Assembly: GCA_030265395.1 (NCBI GenBank)
Contig: JARFYF010000051.1
Span: 25,379,515 to 25,443,514 of the forward strand
DNA: 64,000 bases
Reading direction: 5' to 3'
Source of the DNA: Rhina ancylostomus
Taxonomy: Eukaryota
In this document: positions 40,930 through 52,966 of the stretch, piece after piece
How positions within the stretch are numbered: position 1 is the stretch's first letter
Layout: every line of letters begins with the position of its first letter
Translations under genes and position numbers: made by a program
Notes under the pieces: generated by a model
Databases searched by the model: none
Seen by the model: the letters and a program-made list of their open reading frames with translations, nothing else
Told to the model about the DNA's origin: nothing

Positions 40930-41280
40930 AAGCTACAGAATGACACCTTTCAGCCCATCAAGTCCATGCCAGCTCCCACCACAGCATTTCCATCAGTCCC
41001 AATCCCCCTCTTCTTAGTCCCCTGCACCTATTCTCTCTTACATTTCCCCTTTGATTCCTTTGCCGCAGTGGTGGTATTTTACAGTAGTTAACTAACCTAC
41101 CAGTTCACCTTTGGGATGTCGGAGGAAATCAGAGGATCTGGGGGAACCTCAGACAATCACTGGGAGAAGGGGAAAGCTTCATAGAGACAATCATCAAGGT
41201 CAAGATTGAACATGAGTCAGGCTCAATACTTCAGAACTCTGGGCACAAGCTCAGTAACTTCACCATCATGTTACCGTCCC
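40930..41280 (-). mobile_element. Decayed V-SINE
   Basis: ctttcagcccatcaagtccatgcc..ttgggatgtcggaggaaatc..aagattgaac. Confidence 0.7.
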
Positions 41281-41475
41281 ACATGAAGAATTAAGAGTGT
41301 TTACTTGGAACTTAACATTGAGTGCACGTGTTTCCTGAGCTTCCTGGAACTTGCCAGTGAAATGAGGGCAAGACCACAACAACAATGGACAGGGTCCCAG
41401 AGGGACCAACAGGTGAATCGGGCAATAAATATTGTAGCCTCACAGCTGCTTTCCTGAGTATCTTTTTATTCACAG

Positions 41476-41580
41476 GGGCTGTCTTGGGAAATGGTTAGAA
41501 AACGCTGGAGAAAGTTTTGGTACAATTAATTATGTATTAATAATGTTTGTCCACTGTTGTTCATTCTGAGCACTGTGGAA
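41476..41580 (+). pseudogene. Nesprin exon relic
   Basis: ttattcacag|GAVLG/KWLENAGESFGTINYVLI resembles recalled SVLDQWSSHKVAFDKINSYLM. Confidence 0.55.
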
Positions 41581-42075
41581 NNNNNNNNNNCTGCCGATCT
41601 GTGTCGCAGAGGAGGACTTTGTTGGACGCAGGAGGAGAAGGTAAGTGAGGAAGTGGGCACCCTCACCCTCCCACAACAAGCAGCTTAATGAAATGTGTTA
41701 TGGATGTTGCAAAGAAGTTCATCCCATAACTGTAAGGTCTCTTTCACTTGCCTCTCCAAAAGGCAGAGAATTTAAATTCCTGCACATCCCTCTAAGATCC
41801 TCAGGAACAGCAGCAAACAACTCCTTGCAGTGATCATGAGAGAGGCCCACTCACAGAAGCTTACATCCTGCATACAGCAGCAGCTGGCTGACATTCAGTG
41901 GTTCCAAGAAGACTGCTCATCAGTATTTGTGGGTCTCTGGGTATCACAGCAGATGGAGCAGATTGCCACAGCCTCCTGGAGCTGTGTGTTGACAGCTGGA
42001 GCTGATGGAGGGACTCAAACTGACCACTGACCTAAATGCTTTGGATTCCCTTGAAGGCTCTGCAAGAAACATACA

Positions 42076-42151
42076 TGGGATCCCATAGATGGCAGCTCAT
42101 GGATGCATCAGGCTGGGATCCCACAGATGGCAGCTCATGGATGCATCAGGC
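42076..42151 (+). repeat. 38-bp tandem duplication
   Basis: tgggatccca(t/c)agatggcagctcatggatgcatcaggc x2. Confidence 0.95.
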
Positions 42152-42320
42152 TGATGCTTTGTTTTCAAGGAACTGCAATTTGTTCTATTTCACCACTGAT
42201 GAAGCCAGTTAAATTGAATGAGGGTTCTGGTCTGGCTGCCTTCCCATAGGTGCAGATCAGATTGCAATATATGGCTTTCAAAGCATCCCCACATGTCCTC
42301 TGTCACCACCGTCCATCTCA
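42150..42320 (+). mobile_element. PIF/Harbinger transposase relic
   Basis: DALFSRNCNLFYFTTDEAS / LAAFP*VQ..MAFKASP, same family as 34990-35500. Confidence 0.6.
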
Positions 42321-42699
42321 AGGTCCATGTGCTGGCACTAAGTGACTGACCACTCTACTGCAGATCTGTGGGGCTAGACTCATGTGTCGTCCTTGTCATT
42401 GAACAGTTAGAACTAAGCTTGGAGTGTCTGCATGATCCAATGCAGATTTCCCACTGCTGTTCCTGTCTCCACAATCTGGCCTTACTCATTTGTTTCATTC
42501 AAGTCACCAGCTGAAGACTCAGCTCTCTGCCCTATTAGACCTTCCAAAGTGTGAGTATTTGCTCTGGTGTATGACTAGCCTGAGCCCTATGGGGCATGCT
42601 TTTGAGTGAATGACCTTTTGAGGGGTTTCCAGACACCTCCTGCCACATTTCTTGGGGAGAGATTGGGGAGATTCATGATTCAAATTTGAGTTTTCAGAG

Positions 42700-43718
42700 T
42701 AGAACTTCTTAAGTTATTATCCACGTGACAATTTTGTTTTGCATGTTTTGAGTGAATGCTGTGCACAATGTGGCAGGGTGTGGTTAAATTCTGTAACCAG
42801 GTAGTTTTGACCCCCATCTCCCTGTATCCCATCTGAAACAGTAATGCATTCTCTGTTGTGCTGCCAATTCCCAAACTACGTCTCCTGTCAGTGTTAATTA
42901 GCTGAAGGCGGGAGGGCTACTTTCAGATCACATCTTCTCCCCTATGGTCCCTCCTGCACGAAGGGCTGGAAGAGATTTATAACTGAGAATAAGGGCATGC
43001 ATTGGATTGATAAAGGATATTCATTGAAATGTCAGTGGTAGCTGAACATGAGGAAGGGCACTGAGAGAGAAGTGGGTGTTAAGCTGCAAGTTGAGTTGTT
43101 ATGTGGAGTGATGTACTGGAGCAGAGTTCAAAGGCCAGAATTAGTGAATAGGAGTGATACACATGAGGACATGGGTGAAATTGCCAGTGCATGACATTTC
43201 TTCTCCTTCCTTGAGCTATTGGGGTCATTGAACTGCATGTGGTTCTGTATGATACTCCTCAGCTGATTTCTGTGTCCTTCTTTGGTGTCACTATCAAGCT
43301 TGTTTATCCCATCTGAGGGAAAACCACATTGCTCCATAAGTTATTATGGCCTTAAGCATCATATCAAGCAATATATCACCCAAATCCTGCAGCAGCCTTG
43401 GCATGTTAATTCTCTTCCCCTCCTCTATTGTGCAATGAACAGAGTCCAATAAATGTCGTGGTTGCAACATGCCTTTAAGTTGTGAAACTGAAATAAACTC
43501 ACATGTGTCATCATGGCATTCACTCAGCCGAATCACTTGGAAAACTCAAAAATCTTAATATTGTGACTGATTATCTCAGCCCTTACAAATGAGCTGCAGA
43601 AATGCTTGGGTCAACCAAAGTCTGGCAAGCCCCCAACACACCTCCCCCCTACCAACCCCCAACATCCACCCTTTGAGCTTCTGGAAGCTAATTTTCAATT
43701 CATTATCTAGTGTGACAG
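42700..43718 (+). pseudogene. Three nesprin exon relics
   Basis: HVLSECC..LNSV (cf. QLLKECH..TNTL); KHHIKQYITQILQQPWHVNSL..MSWLQH (cf. KDYSKQCASTVQQQEDRTNEL..ATWIQD); SLGKLK..ALTNELQK..LLEAN..SSVQ|gtaggc (cf. GLGTVK..ELGEQLKQ..ALEQA..TSLQ). Confidence 0.65.
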
Positions 43719-43844
43719 GTAGGCCTTGTTTATTTTGTAGTTCAACAGGACCAAAAAAGAAGCAAAAACTCAGCCTTATAATGTATTTACTAAACAGAGC
43801 CAAATTTAACATTGCGGCTATTTCTATTTATATTGTTGCAGGAG

Positions 43845-44440
43845 AAAGGCCTCAATATATTGCCACCCACAAAATCCATCCGTTAACAAGGTTTGTCGCC
43901 AAAGCCTGTCCACCATGTAAAAGGTTTAAGTCAAGAGTGTGATGGAATACTCTCCACTTGCCTGGATGACTGCAGCTTCTTCAACACTCAAGAAGTTTGA
44001 CACCACATAGGACATAACAGCCTACTTGATAGGTACCCTATCCACAACTATTCACTCCTTCCATCACTAATGCATAGTAGCAACAGTTTGTACCATCTAC
44101 AGGATGCACTGCAGCAACTCATCAAGAATCCTTAGACAGCACCTTCCAAACCCACGACCTATACCAGTTAGAAGGACAAGGGCAGCAAAAGCATGGGAAC
44201 ACCACCAAGCTCTCCCAGCTACACACCATCCTGACTTGGAAATATATTTCTGTGCCTTCACCATCATTGGGTCAAAACCCAGAAACTCTCCCTAACAGCA
44301 TTGTGGGCATATGCACACCTCAAGGACTGCAGTGATTCAAGAAGGCAGCTCACCACCACCTTCTCAAGGGCATCTCAGGATGGGCAATTAAATGCTGGCT
44401 GAGCCTACAAAGCCCACACCCCTTGAATGAATATTTAAAA
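43845..44440 (+). mobile_element. CR1/Crack-type LINE 3' end with tail
   Basis: gtgatggaatactctccacttgcctggatg..caccaccttctcaaggg..aaatgctggc..gaatgaatatttaaaaa. Confidence 0.85.
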
Positions 44441-44721
44441 AGTGTACTGGGCCTTACTGCTTTGTAAAGCATCTTCAGTTTCAATATGTTCATGTTTCTG
44501 TGGCTCAGGTAGGATGGCAAGACTGAAGGATGAATATTTACATTTAACCTGGCAATGAATGATAATATTAAATATTATTAATGAGATGGTGGTTGAGATT
44601 TTTGATGAAAGACCATCGACCTGAAATGTTAACTCTGATTCTCTCTCCAGACATGCTGAGTATTTCTAATATACTTTTAATGTTCTCCTTTCCATCTTTG
44701 CTTTCATTGGATAATCTCACA

Positions 44722-45565
44722 GCTGGTGCTTGTTGGAAATGCAATTCTCAGTTTACATTTTACTCATGGGTAGCGCATTGAATCAATGATATTCTTCTGG
44801 GATGCAGCTTTTTGGTTATTTACCTGACAAGATTCAACTCCTGACTGTATTATTCATCCTGCTGTGGTTTACTGGGCGACATGTAATGGTCCCTTTGTTT
44901 CATAAAGAGGTTGATCTACTCCAAAAAGTTATGCACTTTAGAGGAGACCAAGAAGAATCATAAAAGTAAATAGGCATAGAACATATCTAAAAGGGACCTG
45001 ACATTAATCTGAACATTTTCCTCATCTTGAATCTCCTTTAAGTCAAAAATGCCTGTCACAGTAGATAGCTGTTCATTTTGTCCTGCTCATCGCCTCAAGC
45101 TGGACTTATAATTAATCTGCCAACTTTATGGACTGTGCAGAGTCTGCTTAGGGCTTTTTTCACACAAAATGATCAGTCACTTTGTGACTATGCATTTTGG
45201 ATGATGCTGTTTTGGAGGGTTATTTTGCTTCATAATATTGTGTTCTGTTCATGTTCTTTTTCAACATACTCAGACAACTCAAGAAATCCAAAAAGTCAGC
45301 ATAAACAATCAGAAGCTAAAGGAAAAGTTTATAGATCCCAGAATTCATTGAAGAGTTTAAAAGAGATTGCACAGGTTAAAGAACTATGAAACTGTCTTTG
45401 ATCTCCAAGTGCAATGGTGGGAGGCATTTCAAGTGATTATCAAGAGGTCCTTCATCTTGAAGGCTTTTCAGAAGGTGAGAGAGAGTCAGATGAAATGGTG
45501 CCAACTCCCAGAAAGTATGCAGAGTAGTCTCCAACTGTAATTGATGTCAAGGAGAAACTTTAAGA
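44722..45565 (+). pseudogene. Closely spaced nesprin exon relics
   Basis: AG..SWV..NDILLG (cf. AGV..AWIV..EEILQG); FGYLPDKI (cf. LGYRLPLNDKEI); NFMDCAES..FFTQNDQSL (cf. TFLEKCET..FLVQTEQKL); KVSINNQ; MKLSLISK/QWWEA (cf. LKLTLLSNQWQGV). Confidence 0.65.
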
Positions 45566-45639
45566 GGTAAAGACCCAGTAACTCTTAGTCTTTGCCTTGA
45601 GTTTCCCAAGTTTATCTTCTCATCTAGGGAGTTGGCAGC

Positions 45640-47262
45640 CATGTTCTCACAACAGATATAATTTCAAAAAACCATACTCTCCACCTGACTATGAAGAATA
45701 AATAGTTGGCTGCTCCCACTGCTTCTGGAAATATCCAGTCTACTTGTTCTGAGTGGTGACACCATTTATGTGATAATTCATGGCAAGGTGATCCAGCAGA
45801 GCCAACAGCAAACTCAAAACAAGGTTTCCATGAGTCACTGTGGACCACAAGCAGCAGCAGAAAAATACACCACCGTGATCCGTAACATCAAGGTCTGACT
45901 TATCCATTATTCTACGATTACTATCAAGCCAGGAAACACTGGTTCACTGGGGAGTGCAGAGGACATGCTGTGAGCAGCAAGTATACACAAAAATGAGCTA
46001 CCGATCTAGTGAAGCAAAGATTTAGGGCTACATCTGTGCTAAACAGCAAAAACAACATGCAGTGTACAGAGATAAGATCTTTATTAATCACATGTATATC
46101 GAAACACACAGTGAAATGCATCTTCTGCGTAGAGTGTTCTGGGGGCAGACTGCAAGTGTCACCACTGTCCCGGCGCCAACATAGTATGCCCACAGCTCCT
46201 AACCTGTACATTTTTGGAATGTGGGAGGAAACCGGAGCACCCAGAGAAAACCCACACAGACATGGGGAGAACATACAAGCTCCTTACAGACAGCGATAGG
46301 AATTGAACCCTGGTCACTGGCACTGTAAGAGTGTTGCACTAAACGCTACATTACCATGCTCTCGCAACCAAAAGATCACATTGAGGCTCTGCAATTATGC
46401 CACATCTAATCATGAATGATTGAGAGTTATTAACCCATTAATGAGGGGAAGACTCTTCAAGAACATCCCTGTCTAAATGATGTTGGGTCCCACAAACACT
46501 AGAACATTCACAACAATGTTCAGCCATATGCATCAAGTAGCTGATCCACCTCAGTATCCCCCCGAGATCCCTACCAGCACAGAAACCTGTCATCAGCAAA
46601 TCCAACTCACTTCAAACCTCATCAAGAAATGGCTCAGAGCACTGGACACATCAAAGACCATTGGACCAGACAACATCCCAGCTGTAATACTGAAAATGTA
46701 ACTCCAGAACTAATAAGGTCTCTAGTTAAGCAATTCCAGTACAGTTACAGCATTGGCTTCAATCTGAATGAAGAAAATTGTCCAGTATGTCTCATTCTCA
46801 AAAAGCAAGGATCAGGTCAAATCCTATCCAGCTAATTATCACCAATTGATGTAAAAATTCATGGCAAGGTGAGCCAGCAGAGCCAACATCAAACTCAAAA
46901 CAATTTACTCTTGAATATTAGAGTAATAAACACTGTTGCCAGCTGTGCTATCGAGTGGTACTTACTCATCAATAACCTGCTCATCAATGTCCAATTTGGA
47001 CTTCACCGGGACCACTTCACTCCAGACTTGATCTAAATATGGATAAAGACGCCAATTCCAGATGTGAGGGGAGACTGCCTGTCCTTGACATTAAGACAAC
47101 ATTTGACCAAGTGTAACCTCAAAGAGTCTAGTAAAACAGATGGCCATCAGCATCAAGGAGAAAACACCCCAATGGCTCATCATGCTTCATACAAAGGAAG
47201 ATGGGTGTGGTTGTTGGATGTCAATCTTCCAAGGCCCAGGACAGCCCGACAGGAGTTCCCCA
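45640..47262 (+). mobile_element. CR1/Crack-type LINE internal fragment, interrupted by a SINE
   Basis: IKKWLRALDTSKTIGPDNIPAVILK, QFGLHRDH, LTLRQHL. Confidence 0.8.
46068..46362 (-). mobile_element. tRNA-derived SINE with a different (Rex-like) tail
   Basis: Reverse reads gcatggtaatgtagcg..gggttcaattcc..ttgtatgttctccccatg..tttcactgtgtgtttcgatatacatgtgattaataaagatcttatct. Confidence 0.85.
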
Positions 47263-47264
47263 AA

Positions 47265-48562
47265 TCTGGAATTAGAATAAGACTGTCCTCTCTGCTCATT
47301 CGTTTATTGAGCCCTTCACTGTATCCATTGGGAAAGACACAGGGGTAAGAGTAATGACAGCAGACAGCAGAGGTACTCAGGACAAAACTCCTTGTACACT
47401 GATAATGCCACTCACTTCTTCATCACAGAATGACCAACAGTGGATCAAGTCTAAACTAGCCCTCACTGTGCTCAAACAAGTCCTCTGGTTCCTTTAACAT
47501 CAGGTCTGATTATTTGAAGTTGCTGGGATATGATTCAAAGGAGCAGAGGCCTACTTCAAAACCTGGGTGATGCATGTAGTCAATGTGAAACAAAAGCGGA
47601 TCATGGCAACAAAGTTCCCTCTTGATAGTAGGAAAGAACCTACTCATTAAGTGGGAGGTCCTCTCAGTAGTGCTGCACATTTTGTGGGTGTGGACCATAT
47701 CCTACTCTTGTGCTGCAGCATTTACCTAAGCTGTTTTCCACTTTACCTGGCGTTTGAAAATGGATCACGTTCACAGAGATGTAAGGTACATATCCACAGA
47801 GAAACGGTAGAAAAATGCATCCGACATGGCCCTTATGCCAATGTTACCTTTTTGTGTGGATTTCTCAAGCTGTGTGTAGATCCTGGGTTTGCTGACACCA
47901 AGTTTCACTACTTGATGAGGCTCTATCTGTTCCTGGTGTTGCAAAAGATGGTTCTGGCCATGCTGTCACGGAGTATTTCTTTCAGATGGACCATCTGTCC
48001 CTCAGACAAGCGTTTGTACCTTTAATCATAAACCAATTAGATCGTGGTCTGTGTGGAAAGTTTCAAGACCTTGTGAGAATAGGCAATGGTGGATCCTGTA
48101 GAGCCATTCTTTGAGTAAACTATAAATGTCACTTGGCAGAATACCTCAACACCAGAACTTTCAAACAAGCGTCAACACCTTGCTTGGCTGAGAAGGACCC
48201 TCCCTTGCATGGTCAACCTGAGTGCCTGTGCCACCGCACACTGCCCTGTCACCCGTGTCCCTCTGGAATGTGTATTTGCTCTGAAGTTTGGGAAACTCTG
48301 TCCAAGTTCATCCTGGACGGCTGCTTCACAGAGGACTCTGTGCTCAACAGGATGTCCTCAGGGACACACACTGAAACAAACATCAGCTGCTACTGGATGA
48401 TTATCATCTTGGTGAAAGACTCCCTCTGGTCTGCCTGGAACCTCTTGGTGTTCCAGTGCAAGGAGCAGCTTGCAGCCAAACATTGCAGAGAGGCACATTG
48501 CAGTGTCAAAGACTACATGTTGTAAGATGCACAGAATTATGTGCAGGCATTGCAAAGACCCC
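47265..48562 (+). mobile_element. L1/Tx1-clade LINE, decayed
   Basis: DCPL..IEPF RT motif near 47280; C-terminal WMIIILVKDSLWSAWNLLVFQCKE typical of Tx1-like ORF2. Confidence 0.75.
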
Positions 48563-48564
48563 AT

Positions 48565-48683
48565 TGGGACATGAATGATAGAAAAATAAGGGCTATGTGG
48601 GAGGGAAGGGTTAGATTGATCTTAGAGCAGGATAAAATGTCGGCACAACATTATGGGCCTGTACTGTGCTATGTTCTATGTTC
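48565..48683 (+). mobile_element. CR1 3' tail fragment
   Basis: ggcacaacattatgggcctgtactgtgctatgttctatgttc. Confidence 0.75.
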
Positions 48684-48813
48684 ACAAATAATACATTGTC
48701 AAACTCCTAAAATTTCAGGTACAGCAAATATTGATGTAAAGGAGATTTCTGAAGATCAGGACGTGAATTGTTGTATAGCTTTTGATCTTGCTTTAATTTA
48801 TATCTCTTGAAAG

Positions 48814-50552
48814 TTAATGCACAGATTTCAACAAACAAGAATTTACACATGCCAGTGTTTCAAAGCCGGGCTATTAATGAACTGAATTAATGGAACAGTA
48901 GTAACGGATACCTAACTACTGCCTTAGATACATGTCAAAGAATCTCGCTATATTTTTACTTTGATGCTGACCAGAAGACTGTTAACATTGTGGAAAATAT
49001 TTTATTTTATATTTGAATTTCCAAACTTGGCAGAATAATAAGATTGGTGATGAGGAGAAGAGAGTATCAGAAAGGAGACATACAGCCAACCCTACAGCCT
49101 GTTGTAGAGCGGAACTAAGATAAATCAATAAAGCAACACAGTGTGCTCAAACAGCTTGCTATCAGAATGATGAGACACTTGGTAAGTTCCCATCTAAAAA
49201 AAACAGATGTGGTTAAAATATCAACATGTGTTCAACTGGAAGTTTTCCAAGGGAAAGGGAAAATATCAAGTGAAGCAGCACCTTGATATTTCCTGCCTGG
49301 CCTTCGGTATTAGGTGAGAGGTGGAAGGTGGAGAAAGGGGTCATGAGGGGGAAAAACAGCGTGATGGAGGGTTGTGTTTCCCACTCCTTCTTCCTTCTCC
49401 AATATTTTTATGTTCTTAAATGTACAAGATACATGGTTTGTAATAAAACCAGAAAATACTGGAAATACCTAATAGGTTAAGCAGTATCTGTGGAGACAGA
49501 AATAGAATTTTTGATCAGTGAATGGGAAAATTTTAAAATCAAACATATTTTATCATTCAGACCAGGCAACCACTGCAGAGAACAAATTCTAGATCCAATT
49601 AAATGTCATGTTGATGAAACCAAAGGAAAAAACGTCAAAAACTGCACTCAAGTTTACACATAACCATAGTCATTTTAATCTAGGGTTGAAGTCATTGGGA
49701 AGTTTGCTCTGTCTCTGACTTCCACATTTTTTTTGAAAGTCACGCTGCTGATTTATGAGTTCTGTTGATGGACAATGTGTATGGTCGGTCATGTGGAGCA
49801 TCAGTTATCACAATCTTTTTATATGCATTCACCACAGAAAAATCAGGATACAATTACCCATCAGAGAATATTTTTGAAGCAAACAATAAACAAGGCCTTT
49901 TTTTAAATGCAAAAATTATATTTGATAAGCACATACAAATTTACCTTTCTACATTAGAGATGTAAGTCACAGATCGTCATGGCCAATGAGCATTATACCA
50001 CACGACAATACTGCAATGCCAACCTCTCTAGATATTTGCTGCAACTTAACATTACTTGAATGTTGTTTGATTTAATATTTAGGTTATAGGAAACTTCAAT
50101 ATTGCACTACTTTTACACAGTGCTTTACCATGTACTTCTGATGTCAAAGGATTGGGATATAAAACAGAAGTTTTTATGCTTGTGTATTTTTAATCAAAGG
50201 GGATTAAGATCACCCTCTAGCTGACTAAAAGGTAGCTGTTTGATTCATAAAAGAAGGTTTATGTTTCAGAAAATAAAAAAGTCAAATAAAAGAGTTAGGT
50301 GTATTCAGAACCAGTTAGAGATGAACTCTATTGCTCCTATTTTTGAGGTCCTAACTTTGTGACAGACTTTGATGTCATCTGCCATTTATCAACGTGTAAG
50401 TTGTGGAACAGTAGTAACGATAATCAGGGGGGAATCTATGAACCTGCATCCTCATCTTAGTGACACATAGAGAAGGAATAATAATGCACATATTTGCCTT
50501 CATTCTTCTGACAAGATGTATGATATCACTGAGCAAATGCTATGGTACTGAG
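48814..50552 (+). pseudogene. Four consecutive nesprin exon relics
   Basis: 48814: FQQTRIY..FKAG..INELN*WNS. 49034-49181: DW**GEESI, donor g|gtaagt. About 49740: DL*VLLMDNV..ASVITIF. 50366-50552: TLMSSAIYQRV/LWNS..DITEQML. The order matches the recalled SYNE1 exons. Confidence 0.55.
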
Positions 50553-51264
50553 GTCACTCGATCCAGTCAGATGTTTGTTTTCTTCTAGAGTGTTGTTGGT
50601 CATGAGCTCTTGTAAAGCTATAATAAACAGGTCTGGGCATACTTGATTTTTGAAAGTACTGTTATTACTTTATTTTTACTTTAATTAAAAGTTGATTTCT
50701 TGTTGATTACACCTAAGATTAAAGAAGAATTAATACAATTATCTTCTTCACTTAGAGTCTCTAAAGAAGAATTTCTATGTGATCAGAGCAGCTAATGATC
50801 TTTGAATCCAACTGTCTTCTGCCCAATATATGATTGTAAAATTAGTGTCAAATGAGCAAGTTCTGATTTAGTACTGCTAGGACTAGCACTGTCAAATATT
50901 AAAATGTGCTAATTGTGTTCCTTGCATCCTACTAAATAAAGGGTATGGAAATGCAAGTATATCGTTCATTGTCAGATTTTTTCACTAATGGACAAATTTT
51001 TAAATGCTAAATATTGCTCAAGTTATCTCTATTTTTCTGTGCATCAATGAAGTACAGATTGATGAAAATATGAACTGGTTCAATTTATTGTTTGCATTGT
51101 TAACATCACAAAACTTGTAGCTATTCTGAACATGAAACAAATATTTCAAGGAACCAAAAATGTTAAGAATTTATTAATATTGTCCGTAATATTCAGGAGA
51201 CATAAACTGACAACTGGATATAGGATGGATATCCAATTATTCTAGTTCATAAGCTAAGCCATTT

Positions 51265-51520
51265 AAAGCTAGGAAGAAAGTTTGCGTTCTTGCAGATTCA
51301 GGATCTGAGAAAGAACTTTTCACCCAGAGGGTTGTTGGAACCTGGAATGGAGGATTAGAGGATGGAGGTAGAAACTCTCACACTATTCATTAAGTATATA
51401 GATGAACACTTAAATTACCAAAGCACAGAATGTTATGAACCAAGTGCTGGTAAATGGATTAATACGTATCATTTCTTGATGGTCGACATGGACATAGTGG
51501 GCTGGATGACTCTGTGACTT
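51265..51520 (+). mobile_element. CR1 3' end fragment
   Basis: aacttttcacccagagggttgttggaacctggaat..catggacatagtgggctggatgactct. Confidence 0.7.
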
Positions 51521-51645
51521 TCCAAACTATGGTAAACAAAATGTTGAATGTTGGACAAAACATGAACTCCTCACTAGACATTGGAGGAGAGGAGAGGGTT
51601 ACCAGGAGTGAACAAAGTAGCCAAGGGTGTTTTTTGCTCTTCAAG

Positions 51646-52750
51646 ATGCTTATGGGTAGTGGGTAGATGTACCAGAAGAAAATTAGACGTAAAAATCATG
51701 ACACATTTAAGATCAGCTGGTGATGAATTACTGAACAACTTATATGGCCAATCAGATATGCCAAGTCTTATTTATGAAGGGGATGATTACAGACATATTA
51801 GGGGGATGCACAGAGATGTGGGAATTTCTGTAACTTGCTGTGGGCAAGAGCATCAAAAATGGATACAAGGAAGAAATTGTTGTCAGATTGAACCTGCTGA
51901 AGTGTTGTGGGAAATCAATAGCAGAAACTAAGGTAAGTTAGATTTAGAAAGCACAGTTGCAGGTGACTTGTGAGAGAATTTTTTTTCCAAGACACCTAAT
52001 CAAGTTGCAGATGGAACTGATAGACCGTAACATTCTGCCTATGAAAGGGCAGCTGGTGAAAGGAGCTCTGCTGATGAAAAGCTAAACAACATGGTTTGAA
52101 ATATATATTTAGAGTGAAATAGTTTTAGTTATAATAAATTGAACACTTATTCAAAAAGCTTTTAGACAGAAAGTTATATTCAGTTTTAAATTGAATATTT
52201 AAGAGATTTGCAGTAAATTTTCAGAGATTCTCAACCGACCTTTGAGAGAAAAGGATTAATGAAGGATCATAATGACAAGACATCACTTTTGGATGGTAGG
52301 TGTATAACCTAAGGAGGCAAGCATTGAATTATTTAGGCAGATTTAACATAAGCTATAGGGATTTTTGTTGATGTGCTTCCTTTAGAACAGTTTCTCTTGC
52401 ACAGTGGAGTTGTGATTCATCCATGGAAAGCACTTTACTAGATGGCACATCTGTCTGTCGGTTGGAACATCCATTGAACAGATAATTGGACACTTCAGGC
52501 AATGATACAATTGCCTTTGCTCATCTTCTACTTTCAATACAGCCCACAAAGAATGGCCATCATTTTATAGTAGGCTGCATATACTTTGCTTTGAATGGGC
52601 ATCTAGATGGATAAATTAATGGCCAAGAATTGCTATCATGAAAGAAGGTAGGCGGGTTTCAACAGCTGCCTGTAACAGATCACTTTGGCAGCAGCTCTTT
52701 GAGTGATGTTCCAGCTGAACAACCTTCATATGAATAGTCATTCCTACAGT
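51646..52750 (+). pseudogene. Four consecutive nesprin exon relics
   Basis: ttcaag|..YQKKI/THLRSAGDELL..aag|gtaagt; MKS*TTWF..YI*SEI (cf. MSSLRTWLAHIESEL); tttag|..HSGV..STLLDG..SIEQIIGHFRQ*YNCLC (cf. HSTGV..VLLHD..SIQQATRNLDRRWRNIC); SLWQQLFE*CS (cf. RLWQKFLDDYS). Confidence 0.75.
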
Positions 52751-52966
52751 AAGCTCAAGCACCCAAAGACTAACATTAATATACGTTGACTTAGCATTAT
52801 GTATTCACTATTTTTTCATGTAACACCACATACAAACATTTCAAGAATATCCCAATTACCAATTGTCCCAAGTTTTACCAATCATGTTTCCTGCTGAAAG
52901 TTCCCTCGTCGCTGCATTAATATCCTTTATCATGTCCTTGTGATGCCACGAGGTTCCCTCCCACAG

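Noticed and set aside
14858-46362. tRNA genes at A/B-box-like motifs
   Set aside because: They are SINE heads joined to SINE bodies, with no cloverleaf.
48891-50419. Identical 16-mer tggaacagtagtaacg at Trp codons of two relic exons
   Set aside because: One 16-mer match within 64 kb is roughly expected by chance.
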